Assembly (NCBI GenBank): GCA_050259955.1
Contig: JBLNBM010000003.1
Span: forward strand, 83,935 to 147,934
Reading direction: 5' to 3'
Source: Bacteroidota bacterium
Lineage (GTDB): Bacteria; Pseudomonadota; Gammaproteobacteria; Burkholderiales; Rhodocyclaceae
Length of the DNA stretch: 64,000 nucleotides
Part shown: one piece after another, positions 18,145 to 27,019 of the stretch
Numbering within the stretch: the stretch's first letter is position 1
Layout of the letters: every line of letters starts with the position of its first letter
Position numbers and translations under genes: made by a program
Notes under the pieces: model-generated
Told to the model about the DNA's origin: nothing
The model's input: only the letters and a program-made list of their open reading frames with translations
Database searches by the model: none

Positions 18145-19632
18145 TTAGTAGGCGATGTTGGCGCGCAGGGCGAAGACCTTGACCGACTTGGCATCGGCAT
18201 TGCCGCCGCCGTTGGTGACGTACTGGAAGTCGGGCGACAGTTCGAACTGCGGGGACAGGCGATAGCGGTAGTAGACTTCCGCCACCTTCTCGGCGCCCTG
18301 CGGCATGAAGCTGAAGGCTCCGCTGATGCAGTCGTCGTTCGCGTCAAAGCCACCGGTACAACCTGATCCGCCGGCTGTGCGGTATGCCTTGTCTGACTGC
18401 AGCCAGGCGCCGGCAATGCCGATGCTGTCGGCGGCGCGGTTCCAGTAACTGCCGGAAAAATCGGCGCCGGCGGTGAATGCCTGGTTGAATGGCAATTCAC
18501 CGTTGATCAGCTTGCCGTAACGGGCAAAGACCCGGATGCCGTCACCCAGGCGCTGGTCGATGGAAGCGCCGATGCCGGTGTGCTTGCTCGCCGTGCCGTC
18601 GAAATCGGCGGCCTGGTTGCGGTTCCAGCCATAAATCCGGTAATTGCCGGTCAGGCCGCCGAACAGCTTAAGCTGCTTCTCGGCCTGCACCATCAGCAGC
18701 GGCGAGGACAGGCTGCGCTGGTAATTGGCGCCGCGCGTGCCGCTGCCGAACAGGCCGACCGACAGCCGCCAGGGCTGGGCCTTGTCGAAATAATTGACGT
18801 AGGAGGCGATGGCGCCGGGCTGGAAACCGTTGGCATCGACGCCGACTTCGCGGCCGGCATCGAGCAGCGGGTTATGGACGAAGACGGAATTGAGGAACTG
18901 TTTCGCTTCGTCGCCGGCCGCCGCGTTCTGGTCGAAGAAGCCGAAGATGTCCATCTTGCCGAAAGTCAGTTCCAGCGTTTCGCGCGAGTACGGCTTGAAA
19001 CCGAGGAAAGGCAGCGGAATCGCCGCCTGGTACCAGGCCTGGCCGAGAATGGCGACCGAATCGTCTGGGCTGGCGCCGGAAGCGCGGAAAGCCAGAGCAT
19101 TGGGGGCGCTGGCAAAATGGCCGAGATTGGAGAAGGCGGCGTTGAGGCCGAGACCCTGGCCGAGGCGGACATGGGCGAACAGCTTGTGGTCGATGTCGCC
19201 GAGCGGCTTCAAGGGCAATTCGACCGAAACGTCGGCCCGGTAATTGAGCTGGCTGTCGCCGCCATCGATGCCCTTGGGCAGGCCGCTGGCGTGCTGGACA
19301 ACGGTGGCCAGCGAAGCGCCGACCTTGATGCCGTCGAAGGACTCGGCGATTTTGGCCGCCTTCTTCATGTTCAGCGCATCTTTCTCGACTGCTTTCAGGC
19401 GTACCGTTAAATCCGGTTCGTCCTCCGACAGGCGCGGACTCTCCAGGCCCTTGGCGACTTCCAGGCTTTCGGCCTTGAGCGCCTTGACTTCCTTTTCCAG
19501 CTCGGCGTTGCGCGCTTCCAGCTTTTCCAGGCGGGCGGCCAGTTTTTCCAGGGTAGCGCTATCGCCGGCGGCGAAGACGGGCAGGGCCATCCCTGCCGCG
19601 AGCAGCGCGGCGCTCAGTCGGGTCAGTTTCAT
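18145..19632 (-). CDS. OprB-like ('carbohydrate-selective') outer-membrane porin with N-terminal coiled coil
   Basis: Signal peptide, heptad LEKLAARLEKLEARNAELEKEVKALK, beta-strand alternation, LSPDFQYVTNGGG, and C-terminal aromatic LRANIAY. Confidence 0.8.
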   Translation of the reverse strand: MKLTRLSAALLAAGMALPVFAAGDSATLEKLAARLEKLEARNAELEKEVKALKAESLEVAKGLESPRLSEDEPDLTVRLKAVEKDALNMKKAAKIAESFDGIKVGASLATVVQHASGLPKGIDGGDSQLNYRADVSVELPLKPLGDIDHKLFAHVRLGQGLGLNAAFSNLGHFASAPNALAFRASGASPDDSVAILGQAWYQAAIPLPFLGFKPYSRETLELTFGKMDIFGFFDQNAAAGDEAKQFLNSVFVHNPLLDAGREVGVDANGFQPGAIASYVNYFDKAQPWRLSVGLFGSGTRGANYQRSLSSPLLMVQAEKQLKLFGGLTGNYRIYGWNRNQAADFDGTASKHTGIGASIDQRLGDGIRVFARYGKLINGELPFNQAFTAGADFSGSYWNRAADSIGIAGAWLQSDKAYRTAGGSGCTGGFDANDDCISGAFSFMPQGAEKVAEVYYRYRLSPQFELSPDFQYVTNGGGNADAKSVKVFALRANIAY

Positions 19633-19634
19633 GC

Positions 19635-20180
19635 TCAGTAGCCGCCCTTTTTGCCGATGCCGACGTAGGTGAATTCATATTCGACTTCGAAGGGCTTGAA
19701 CCACGGGCGGACGCCGGTGGCGCGGTCGGTATGGCGGCCGAAATGCGAATGCGGATTGGCGGAAGGCGGCAGGATGGTGTATTTCACCTTGTACTTGCCG
19801 GGGCCGGCCAGCTTGACGTTGTCGCCGTAATGCGGGCCGTCGTTGGCGACCATCGGCATGAAATCACCGGCCACCCTGAAATCGCCGCCCACCTTGGCGA
19901 CTTCGAATTTGATTTCGAGGTAGGGCATCCAGGCGCCTTCCTCGAAACCGTTCGGGTTATTGGCCAGGGCGTGGATATCGGCCTCGAGATGGATGTCGGA
20001 TTCGGCAGCTTTCTTCATCATGCCTTCCGGTTCCATTTCGACCGGCTGCAGATAGACGGCGGCGATTTCCATGCCGGCCCGCTGCTGCGGCACGCCGATC
20101 GGATACTCGATGGCGAGGGCCGGAGTGGCGAACAAGGTGGCGAGGGCCAGAGCGGACATCAATTTGTTGGGCGGCAACAT
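19635..20180 (-). CDS. Periplasmic iron/copper-binding protein P19/FtrA/Tp34 family
   Basis: AVYLQPVEMEP...DIHLEADIHA...WMPYL...MPMVANDGPHYGDNVKL...RHTD. Confidence 0.92.
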   Translation of the reverse strand: MLPPNKLMSALALATLFATPALAIEYPIGVPQQRAGMEIAAVYLQPVEMEPEGMMKKAAESDIHLEADIHALANNPNGFEEGAWMPYLEIKFEVAKVGGDFRVAGDFMPMVANDGPHYGDNVKLAGPGKYKVKYTILPPSANPHSHFGRHTDRATGVRPWFKPFEVEYEFTYVGIGKKGGY

Positions 20181-20301
20181 GGCAATTACTCCTGGAGGTG
20201 TCTGGCTGGCTCGTCATGAAGCCGGCTGCACTGGGGCGGGGCGGATTCCTGATTGGCTGGCATTGAGTGTTTGAAGGGAAAGGATCGGAAACGGTCGACG
20301 G

Positions 20302-20478
20302 CTATTTGGTCAGGATCAGTTTGTTTTCCCGAGTCACCCGCAGCAAGTAGCGCTGGCCGGCATGCTCGATTTCAACCGAGTTGTTGCCGCGCAGGATCTG
20401 CTCGCTGCCGACACAGGGTCGGGGAGGCGCGTTCGCGGTGGAAGCAGGGGAAGGCGGCGTTTTGGGCGGGGCGGTCAT
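20302..20478 (-). CDS. hemP: Hemin uptake protein HemP/HmuP (58 aa)
   Basis: Not in the ORF track. Manual translation MTAPPKTPP...SEQILRGNNSVEIEHAGQRYLLRVTRENKLILTK* ends in the HemP KLILxK signature. Confidence 0.88.
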   Translation of the reverse strand: MTAPPKTPPSPASTANAPPRPCVGSEQILRGNNSVEIEHAGQRYLLRVTRENKLILTK

Positions 20479-20494
20479 CGTGACTCCGGACGCA

Positions 20495-20540
20495 AACGAG
20501 AATTGATCGTATTATTGTGTAATTGAGAATCACTGTCAAT
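20495..20540. promoter_or_regulatory. Two Fur-box-like sites upstream of hemP-ftr operon
   Basis: AACGAGAATTGATCGTATT (20495-20513, 13/18) and ATTGAGAATCACTGTCAAT (20522-20540, 14/18) against AATGAGAAT-N-ATTCTCATT. Confidence 0.65.
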
Positions 20541-20690
20541 AATCCGTTCGTGCTGACGCCGAAGTTCCGGGCGATGGCGACATTGCCAGCCGGCCTGTGG
20601 TTGGCTGCGCCGTTCAGCGCATGGCCGGCATGCGGCGCGCGGGCTTGGTCCTGCCTCGCGTCGCCCCGGACGCTTTCACGCCGTTCGGCC

Positions 20691-20719
20691 AAAAAAAAGC
20701 CACGGCATCGGCCGTGGCT
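20691..20719 (-). terminator. Rho-independent terminator of deaD
   Basis: Minus strand AGCCACGGC-cgat-GCCGTGGCT followed by a T run. Confidence 0.8.
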
Positions 20720-20740
20720 GGTAATTGAAGATTCGGTGGT

Positions 20741-22561
20741 TCAGTAGTCGCCGAACTTCTTTTTCTTGAAACTGCGTTCGCCGTCGAACTTGCGTTCGCT
20801 ACCGCCATCCGGGCGACCTTCATCCGGCCGCAGGTTGATCGGCACGCCGCGGACGCGGGTGCGCTTCAGGGCGTTGTCGGCTTCCTTGGGCATGCCGGCT
20901 GGCAGCTCGACGGTGCTCGATTCGTCATAGAGTGCGATGCGGCCGATGAAGCGGCTTTCGATGCCGGCTTCGTTGGCGATGGCGCCGACGATGTCCTTGA
21001 CCTGGACGCCATGATCCCGGCCGACATCGATGCGGTAACGCACCATGTCGCCGGCCGGCGCGGCGCGGCGCGGCTTGTCTTCGAAGCGCGGCTTGTCGCC
21101 ACGCTCTTCAAAACGCGGCCGTTCGCTGCGCTCTTCGCGCGGCTTGCGTTCGCGGTCGCCGAAAGAGGTCGGGCGGCGGCTGTCGCGGCTGTCGCCAGCC
21201 GGGAAGGCGCGGGCCGGCGCCGGATCTTCGCCGGCGATCTGTAGCGGCTTGCCTTCCTGGGCCAGCATGCACAGGGCGGCAGCAACTTCTTCGACGCCGA
21301 CATCCTGGTCGGCGGCGATCTGGGCGACGATGTTCGAGAAGAAGTCCAGGCCTTCGGCATTGAGCACGCCGGCGACCTTTTCCTTGAAGTCGGCAACCCG
21401 CTTGTTGGTGACGTCCGCCCGGGTGGGCAGGGTCAGCGGGGCGATCGGCTGCCGCGTGGCGCGTTCGATGGTGCGCAGCATGCGGATTTCGCGCGGCGCA
21501 ACGAAGAGGATGGCGTTGCCGGTGCGGCCGGCGCGGCCGGTGCGGCCGATGCGGTGCACGTAGGCTTCGGTGTCGTAGGGAATATCGTAATTGACGACGT
21601 GGCTGACGCGCGGCACATCGATGCCGCGGGCGGCGACGTCGGTGGCGATGACGATGTCCAGGGCGCCGGATTTCAGCTGCTCGATGACGCGTTCGCGCAT
21701 CTGCTGGTTCAGGTCGCCGTTCAGGGCGGCAGCGGCATAGCCGCGGGCGGAAAGCTTGTCGGCCAGTTCGACGGTGGCGTTCTTGGTGCGCACGAAGATG
21801 ATGGCGGCGTCGAAATCTTCCTCGACTTCGAGGATGCGGGTCAGGGCGTCGAGCTTGTGCATGCCGGAAACCTGCCAGTACACCTGGCGGATGGCGGCGA
21901 CGGTGGCGGTCGCCGACTTGATCTTGATTTCGCGCGGCTCGACCAGGTACTTCTGGGCGACGCGGCGAATCTGTTCCGGCATGGTGGCCGAGAACAGCGC
22001 CGTCTGGTGCTGTTCCGGGGTGCGTTCGAGAATCCACTCGACGTCGTCGATGAAGCCCATGCGCAGCATTTCGTCGGCTTCGTCGAGCACCATGGTCTTC
22101 AGATGGTCGAGGTTGAGCGTCTTGCGCTCCAGATGGTCCATGACGCGACCCGGGGTGCCGACGATGATGTGGGCGCCGCGCGACAATTGCTTGAGCTGGA
22201 TGGTGTAGCTCTGGCCGCCGTAGATGGGCAGCACGTGGAAGCCGGGCAGGTTGTGGGCATAGCTTTGCAGCGCCTCGGCGACCTGGATGGCCAGTTCGCG
22301 GGTCGGCGTCAGGATCAGTGCCTGCGGCTTGGCCACCTTGACGTCGATCTGTTCCATCAGCGGCAGGGCGAAGGCGGCGGTCTTGCCGGTGCCGGTCTGC
22401 GCCATGCCGATCAGGTCGTGGCCTTCGAGCAGGATGGGAATGCACTGGGCCTGGATCGGCGACGGGGTTTCGTAGCCGATGTCGGCCAGGGTCTTGAGAA
22501 GCGAGGGGCTTAAGCCGAGATCGGCAAAGCTCTGAGTGTTGGATGACTCAGTGGATGTCAT
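20741..22561 (-). CDS. deaD: DEAD-box RNA helicase DeaD/CsdA
   Basis: AQTGTGKT, PTRELA, DEAD, SAT, HRIGRTGRAGR, and a DbpA-type C-terminal domain (IVGAIANEAGI). Confidence 0.95.
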   Translation of the reverse strand: MTSTESSNTQSFADLGLSPSLLKTLADIGYETPSPIQAQCIPILLEGHDLIGMAQTGTGKTAAFALPLMEQIDVKVAKPQALILTPTRELAIQVAEALQSYAHNLPGFHVLPIYGGQSYTIQLKQLSRGAHIIVGTPGRVMDHLERKTLNLDHLKTMVLDEADEMLRMGFIDDVEWILERTPEQHQTALFSATMPEQIRRVAQKYLVEPREIKIKSATATVAAIRQVYWQVSGMHKLDALTRILEVEEDFDAAIIFVRTKNATVELADKLSARGYAAAALNGDLNQQMRERVIEQLKSGALDIVIATDVAARGIDVPRVSHVVNYDIPYDTEAYVHRIGRTGRAGRTGNAILFVAPREIRMLRTIERATRQPIAPLTLPTRADVTNKRVADFKEKVAGVLNAEGLDFFSNIVAQIAADQDVGVEEVAAALCMLAQEGKPLQIAGEDPAPARAFPAGDSRDSRRPTSFGDRERKPREERSERPRFEERGDKPRFEDKPRRAAPAGDMVRYRIDVGRDHGVQVKDIVGAIANEAGIESRFIGRIALYDESSTVELPAGMPKEADNALKRTRVRGVPINLRPDEGRPDGGSERKFDGERSFKKKKFGDY

Positions 22562-22867
22562 GCTGTTTTCCTTTCGACGTCGCGGCTTGCTTTTATTGGC
22601 TTGCGACGTGTATGCCCGATGGTCGGGCGGCCTTAAGTTCCCCTGACGCAGCTATGCCTAGGGGGCGATTCAATGGTGCGACCTGTAAAGTGAACTGCAA
22701 ACGAGGGATGAAACGGTAGCTGCTCGGGGGCCCTGCGGGCAATGGATCAACGCATTGATATCATTAGTTTACTCTATTTTTGCCCGCTCCGAAACGCTTA
22801 GCTCCCTTGATTGCGCAAATATTTGTTGCGGCGCAGCATGCGCCTGGCCACCACGCCGCATGCAGGG

Positions 22868-23677
22868 TCAGGCCTGCCGTGCGGCGTGGTGCGCGATCAG
22901 CGCCGCCATTTCTCCGGCCGAAAAGCCGGCGGCCAGGCGGGCGCTTTCGTTGAGCGGGGCCTGCGGCCAGGGAGCGTCAAGTTCGACCAGCAATTGCCGG
23001 TAGGTGCTTTCCGGTTCCAGCCCGCGCCCGGCGCAGAGATAACGGAACCAACGGTCGCCGAGGCCGACGTGGCCAATTTCATCGTGCAGAATGATGTTCA
23101 GCGCCCGTGCCGACTCCTCGTCGCCGGCCGCTTCCAGTTTGCGTTGGATGGGCGGCGTGGCGTCAAGGCCGCGCGCTTCGAGGAGGCGCGGCACTAGGGC
23201 CATGCGGGCGAGCGCGTCGCCGGCGGTCTTTTCCGCCATCTGCCACAGGCCGCCATGGGCGGGAAAATCTCCGTAATCGTGACCGAGCGCCAGCAGGCGC
23301 TGGCGCAGCAGCGTGAAGTGGGCGGCCTCTTCGGCGGCGACGGCGATCCAGTCGGCGTAATAGGCTTGCGGCAGGCCGCGAAAACGCGCGGCATGGTCGA
23401 GGGCGAGGTTGATGGCGGTGAATTCGATATGGACGATGGCGTGCAGCAGCCGGGCCCGGCCTTCCGGGCATTGGCAACTGCGTTGCGGGACGCGGAGCGG
23501 CGGGATCAGTTCCGGTCTGGGCGGTCGGCCGCAGATCAGGGGCTGCGGCGCGCTGTCGCGCCAGTCGAACTTTCCCTCTTGCCAGTCGGCGGCGAGGGCG
23601 AGGGTCAGTGCCAGTTTGCGTTCGATGTCATCGGTCGCCAGTGCCGCGGCCAGGGCGGGAAACAGCGAAGCCGTCAT
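22868..23677 (-). CDS. Ferritin-like domain protein (DUF455)
   Basis: LHAIVHIEFTAINLALD, EEAAHF, FPAHGGLW, VPRLLEARGLDATP, DEIGHV. Confidence 0.85.
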   Translation of the reverse strand: MTASLFPALAAALATDDIERKLALTLALAADWQEGKFDWRDSAPQPLICGRPPRPELIPPLRVPQRSCQCPEGRARLLHAIVHIEFTAINLALDHAARFRGLPQAYYADWIAVAAEEAAHFTLLRQRLLALGHDYGDFPAHGGLWQMAEKTAGDALARMALVPRLLEARGLDATPPIQRKLEAAGDEESARALNIILHDEIGHVGLGDRWFRYLCAGRGLEPESTYRQLLVELDAPWPQAPLNESARLAAGFSAGEMAALIAHHAARQA

Positions 23678-24720
23678 GGTGCTGGGTTGGTGTAGCGCAG
23701 GTGGATGGCGTCGATGTCGGCCAGCAACTCGGCGGCAATCGGCGTTTGGGTCGCCGGCAGGGTTTCCTTGAGTTGCTCCAGCGAGGAGGCGCCGATGATG
23801 GTGCTGCTGACAAACCAGCGCGAATGGACGAAACCGAGCGCCAACTGGGTTGGCGTCAGGCCATGCCGGCGGGCCAGTTCGGCGTAGGCGGCCACTGCCG
23901 GCAAAACGTTGGGTTTCGTATAGCGCTGGCCGAAAGCCGGCCACTGGCTGAGGCGACCGGCGGCCTGCGGATGGTCCAGGTATTTGCCGGTCAGGTGCCC
24001 GAAAGCGAGCGGCGAATAGGCGAGCAGGCCGACATTCTCGCGCTGGCAGACTTCGGCCAGGCCGGTTTCGAAAGTCCGGTTCAGCAGGTGGTAAGCATTC
24101 TGTGTCGAGACGATGTGCGGCAGCCCCAGTTCCTTGGCCAGCCTGACGAATTCCATGATGCCCCACGGGTGTTCGTTGGAAACGGCGATCTGGCGGACCT
24201 TGCCTTCCCGCACCAGTTCGGCCAGGGCTTCGAGCTGGGCGCGGATCGGTGTGCATTCGCGTTCATTGGCCGGATCGAACTGCCACTGGCCGAACATCGG
24301 CTGGTTGCGTTCCGGCCAGTGCAGTTGATAAAGGTCGACGTAATCGGTCTGCAGGCGCTGCAGCGAGCCTTCGATGGCGGCCCGGATATTGGCCCGGTCA
24401 AGGGCCGGCGGGCCGTTGCGTATCCAATGCAGGTTGCGGCTCGGGCCGGCGACCTTGGTGGCGACGATGATCCGGTCGCGCGGCTGGCGGGCCAGCCAGC
24501 GCCCGACGATGCTTTCCGAAGCGCCGCAGGTTTCCGGGCGCGGCGGCACGGCATACATTTCGGCGGTGTCGATGAAATTGACGCCGGCCGCCAGCGCGTA
24601 ATCGAGCTGGGCGTGGGCATCGGCTTCGCCGGTCTGTTCGCCGAAAGTCATGGTGCCGAGGCAGACATCGGGCACCGTCAGGTCGCTGCCGCCGAGGGGG
24701 CGTTTCTGGAATGGGGTCAT
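23674..24720 (-). CDS. tas: NADP(H)-dependent aldo/keto reductase (Tas-like)
   Basis: CLGTMTFGEQ, NFIDTAEMYAVP, DLYQLHWPER, LLAYSPLAFGHLTGKY. Confidence 0.88.
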   Translation of the reverse strand: MTPFQKRPLGGSDLTVPDVCLGTMTFGEQTGEADAHAQLDYALAAGVNFIDTAEMYAVPPRPETCGASESIVGRWLARQPRDRIIVATKVAGPSRNLHWIRNGPPALDRANIRAAIEGSLQRLQTDYVDLYQLHWPERNQPMFGQWQFDPANERECTPIRAQLEALAELVREGKVRQIAVSNEHPWGIMEFVRLAKELGLPHIVSTQNAYHLLNRTFETGLAEVCQRENVGLLAYSPLAFGHLTGKYLDHPQAAGRLSQWPAFGQRYTKPNVLPAVAAYAELARRHGLTPTQLALGFVHSRWFVSSTIIGASSLEQLKETLPATQTPIAAELLADIDAIHLRYTNPAP

Positions 24721-24736
24721 GGTGTTTTTCCGGGCT

Positions 24737-25069
24737 TCAGGGTTGGCCGCAGAGCACGCCATGGATCAGGATATGGCGCTGCAGCATGGGGTCGTAACCG
24801 GCCGGCACGATGGCCAGGCGGTGGTCGGCTGGTGGCGGGCAGTTTTTTATCACCCAGTCGGCTGCCGCCGCATAAGCCTCGTCGAAACTGGCGAACAGGC
24901 CATGCAGTTCGGGCGAGCGAACCGCCAGGAAAGTGCCGCGCTGGCGGTCGAGCAGGGTGTCGGTGTCGAGGCGCTGGACCGCGTAGCCGGCCGGCGCCCG
25001 GGGCAGCGGCAGGGCGTCGAGCGCGAAGCGGTCGCCAAAGGCGTCGGCGGGAAGAGTGTGGCAAGGCAT
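24737..25069 (-). CDS. Hypothetical protein (110 aa)
   Basis: MPCHTLPADAFGDRF...LIHGVLCGQP; 16 nt upstream of tas on the same strand. Confidence 0.6.
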   Translation of the reverse strand: MPCHTLPADAFGDRFALDALPLPRAPAGYAVQRLDTDTLLDRQRGTFLAVRSPELHGLFASFDEAYAAAADWVIKNCPPPADHRLAIVPAGYDPMLQRHILIHGVLCGQP

Positions 25070-25163
25070 GCCGCATTTTAACGGCAAGCCATTGCGCGAT
25101 GCGGAGTTGCGTGGCCCCGCGTGGTAGAATCAAAGGCTGTAATAATTACTTAACAGGACAGTC

Positions 25164-25802
25164 ATGTTCGGACGGCTCATGCCCAGGGAGGGCAAGTACT
25201 TCGATCTTTTCAACGCTCATGCGGAACTGATTGTGCAGGGAGGCAAGGCGCTCTCCGGCCTGATCGGCGCATTGGTGGAAGAGCCCGAGCAGGCGGAAAA
25301 GCACGCGGATCGAATCGACGAACTGGAGCGCCAGGCGGACGAAATCACGCACAGCACGCTGGCCCAGTTGCACACTTCCTTCATTACGCCTTTCGATCGC
25401 GACGAGATCCACCAGCTGATCAACAGCATGGACGACATTCTCGACAACATCCAGGATGTCGCCGAATCCATGTCGCTCTACGACATCCGCCGCGTGCCGC
25501 CGGAAGCCAGGGCGCTGGCTGAAGTCACCGAGCAGTGCTGTGCCCGGGTACAGTCGGTAGTCAAGCTGCTGCACAGCATGGACAACGCGCCGGAAATCCT
25601 GCGCTACTGCCACGAAATCGACCATCTCGAATCGGACGCCGACCGCATGCTGCGCGAGGCGATGTCCAAGCTCTTCCGTGAAGAACCGGATGTCCGCGAA
25701 GTGGTCAAGCTCAAGGAAATTTACGAAATCCTCGAGTCGGTCAGCGATCGTTGCAAGGACGTCGCCGGCACGATCGAGGCCATCGTTCTCGAAAACTCCT
25801 GA
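25164..25802 (+). CDS. DUF47 / PhoU-like Pit accessory protein
   Basis: MFGRLMPREGKYFDLF...IDELERQADEI...FITPFDRDEI...IDHLESDAD...DRCKDVA. Confidence 0.9.
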   Translation: MFGRLMPREGKYFDLFNAHAELIVQGGKALSGLIGALVEEPEQAEKHADRIDELERQADEITHSTLAQLHTSFITPFDRDEIHQLINSMDDILDNIQDVAESMSLYDIRRVPPEARALAEVTEQCCARVQSVVKLLHSMDNAPEILRYCHEIDHLESDADRMLREAMSKLFREEPDVREVVKLKEIYEILESVSDRCKDVAGTIEAIVLENS

Positions 25803-25816
25803 GCGGACGGCCCGGG

Positions 25817-26824
25817 ATGGATACCGTACAGATCAGTTTCGGCGTGGTGGTCACGCTGGTCGTCATCGCCATGCTGTTCGATTTCATGAACGGCTTCCAC
25901 GATGCGGCCAACTCGATTGCCACCATCGTCTCGACCCGCGTCCTCAAGCCGCACCAGGCGGTGATCTGGGCCTCGGCCTTCAATTTCCTGGCCTATTTCC
26001 TGTTCCAGCTGAAAGTGGCCAGCACCATCGGCAAGGGCACCATCGACCCGGGGATCGTCGATCACTACATCATTTTCGGCGCCCTGGTCGGCGCCATCAT
26101 CTGGAACATCATCACCTGGTACTACGGCATTCCGTCGTCGTCGTCGCACGCCCTGGTCGGCGGCCTGGTCGGCGCGGCGCTGGCCAAGGCCGGCATCCCG
26201 GGCCTGGTGACGTCCGGCGTGCTGAAAATCATCGCCTTCATCTTCATCGCTCCGCTGCTCGGTTTCGTTATCGGCGGCGCGCTGATGGTGGCGGTTTCGT
26301 GGATCTGCCGGGATATGGCGCCACGCAAGGTGGACAAGTATTTCCGGCGCTTCCAGCTGCTGTCGGCCGCGGCCTACAGCCTGGGGCACGGCGGTAACGA
26401 TGCGCAGAAGACCATCGGCATCATCTGGATGCTGCTGATTGCCGCCGGGATGTCGAGTTCCGACGCGCCGATTCCCAGTTGGGTCGTCTTCGGCTGCTAT
26501 ACCGCGATGGGTCTCGGCACCATGTTCGGCGGCTGGCGCATCGTCAAGACCATGGGCAACCGCATCACCAAGCTCAATCAGCCGCGCGGCTTCTGTGCCA
26601 ATAGCGGTGGGGCGATCACCCTGTTCATGGCGACGGCGCTCGGCGTGCCGGTGTCCACGACGCATACCATTACCGGCGCCATTGCCGGTGTCGGTTCGAC
26701 GCGCGGTGCCCGCCGCGTGCGCTGGGGCGTTGCCGGTGGCATCGTCTGGGCGTGGATTCTGACCATTCCGTGCAGCGCGGCGATGGCGGCGCTGGCCTGG
26801 TATGTCGGCCGGATGATTCTCTGA
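25817..26824 (+). CDS. pit: PiT-family inorganic phosphate transporter
   Basis: NGFHDAANSIAT, GIPSSSSHAL, HGGNDAQKTIG, PVSTTH. Confidence 0.93.
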   Translation: MDTVQISFGVVVTLVVIAMLFDFMNGFHDAANSIATIVSTRVLKPHQAVIWASAFNFLAYFLFQLKVASTIGKGTIDPGIVDHYIIFGALVGAIIWNIITWYYGIPSSSSHALVGGLVGAALAKAGIPGLVTSGVLKIIAFIFIAPLLGFVIGGALMVAVSWICRDMAPRKVDKYFRRFQLLSAAAYSLGHGGNDAQKTIGIIWMLLIAAGMSSSDAPIPSWVVFGCYTAMGLGTMFGGWRIVKTMGNRITKLNQPRGFCANSGGAITLFMATALGVPVSTTHTITGAIAGVGSTRGARRVRWGVAGGIVWAWILTIPCSAAMAALAWYVGRMIL

Positions 26825-26825
26825 T

Positions 26826-26969
26826 TTGAAGGGCCTGCGCTACCTGGGCTTGCTGGCCGTATTGGCGGTCATCGTCTGGTACCTGCCGATGTTGTGGGAG
26901 CTGGCGGTGGCCGGCGCCATCGGCGGCGTCTACTGGATTTTCTTCCGCATTCCGCCAGCCCGGGACTAG
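26826..26969 (+). CDS. Putative small membrane protein (47 aa)
   Basis: TTG start 1 nt after the pit stop; MKGLRYLGLLAVLAVIVWYLPMLWELAVAGAIGGVYWIFFRIPPARD* has two hydrophobic segments. Confidence 0.55.
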   Translation: MKGLRYLGLLAVLAVIVWYLPMLWELAVAGAIGGVYWIFFRIPPARD

Positions 26970-27018
26970 TACCAGCCGTTGGGTCTATGGCACTAGTGCC
27001 AGCCGCTGGTTCTATGGC
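26965..27018. repeat. Tandem 2 x 27-bp imperfect repeat with internal palindromes
   Basis: ACTAGTACCAGCCGTTGGGTCTATGGC / ACTAGTGCCAGCCGCTGGTTCTATGGC (24/27 identical). Confidence 0.85.
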
Positions 27019-27019
27019 A

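Noticed and set aside
25137-25156. Pho box upstream of DUF47-pit
   Set aside because: Only one half-site (CTGTAAT); no second repeat at 11-bp spacing.
26965-27018. Possible CRISPR array
   Set aside because: Only two abutting units, no spacer, and no cas genes.
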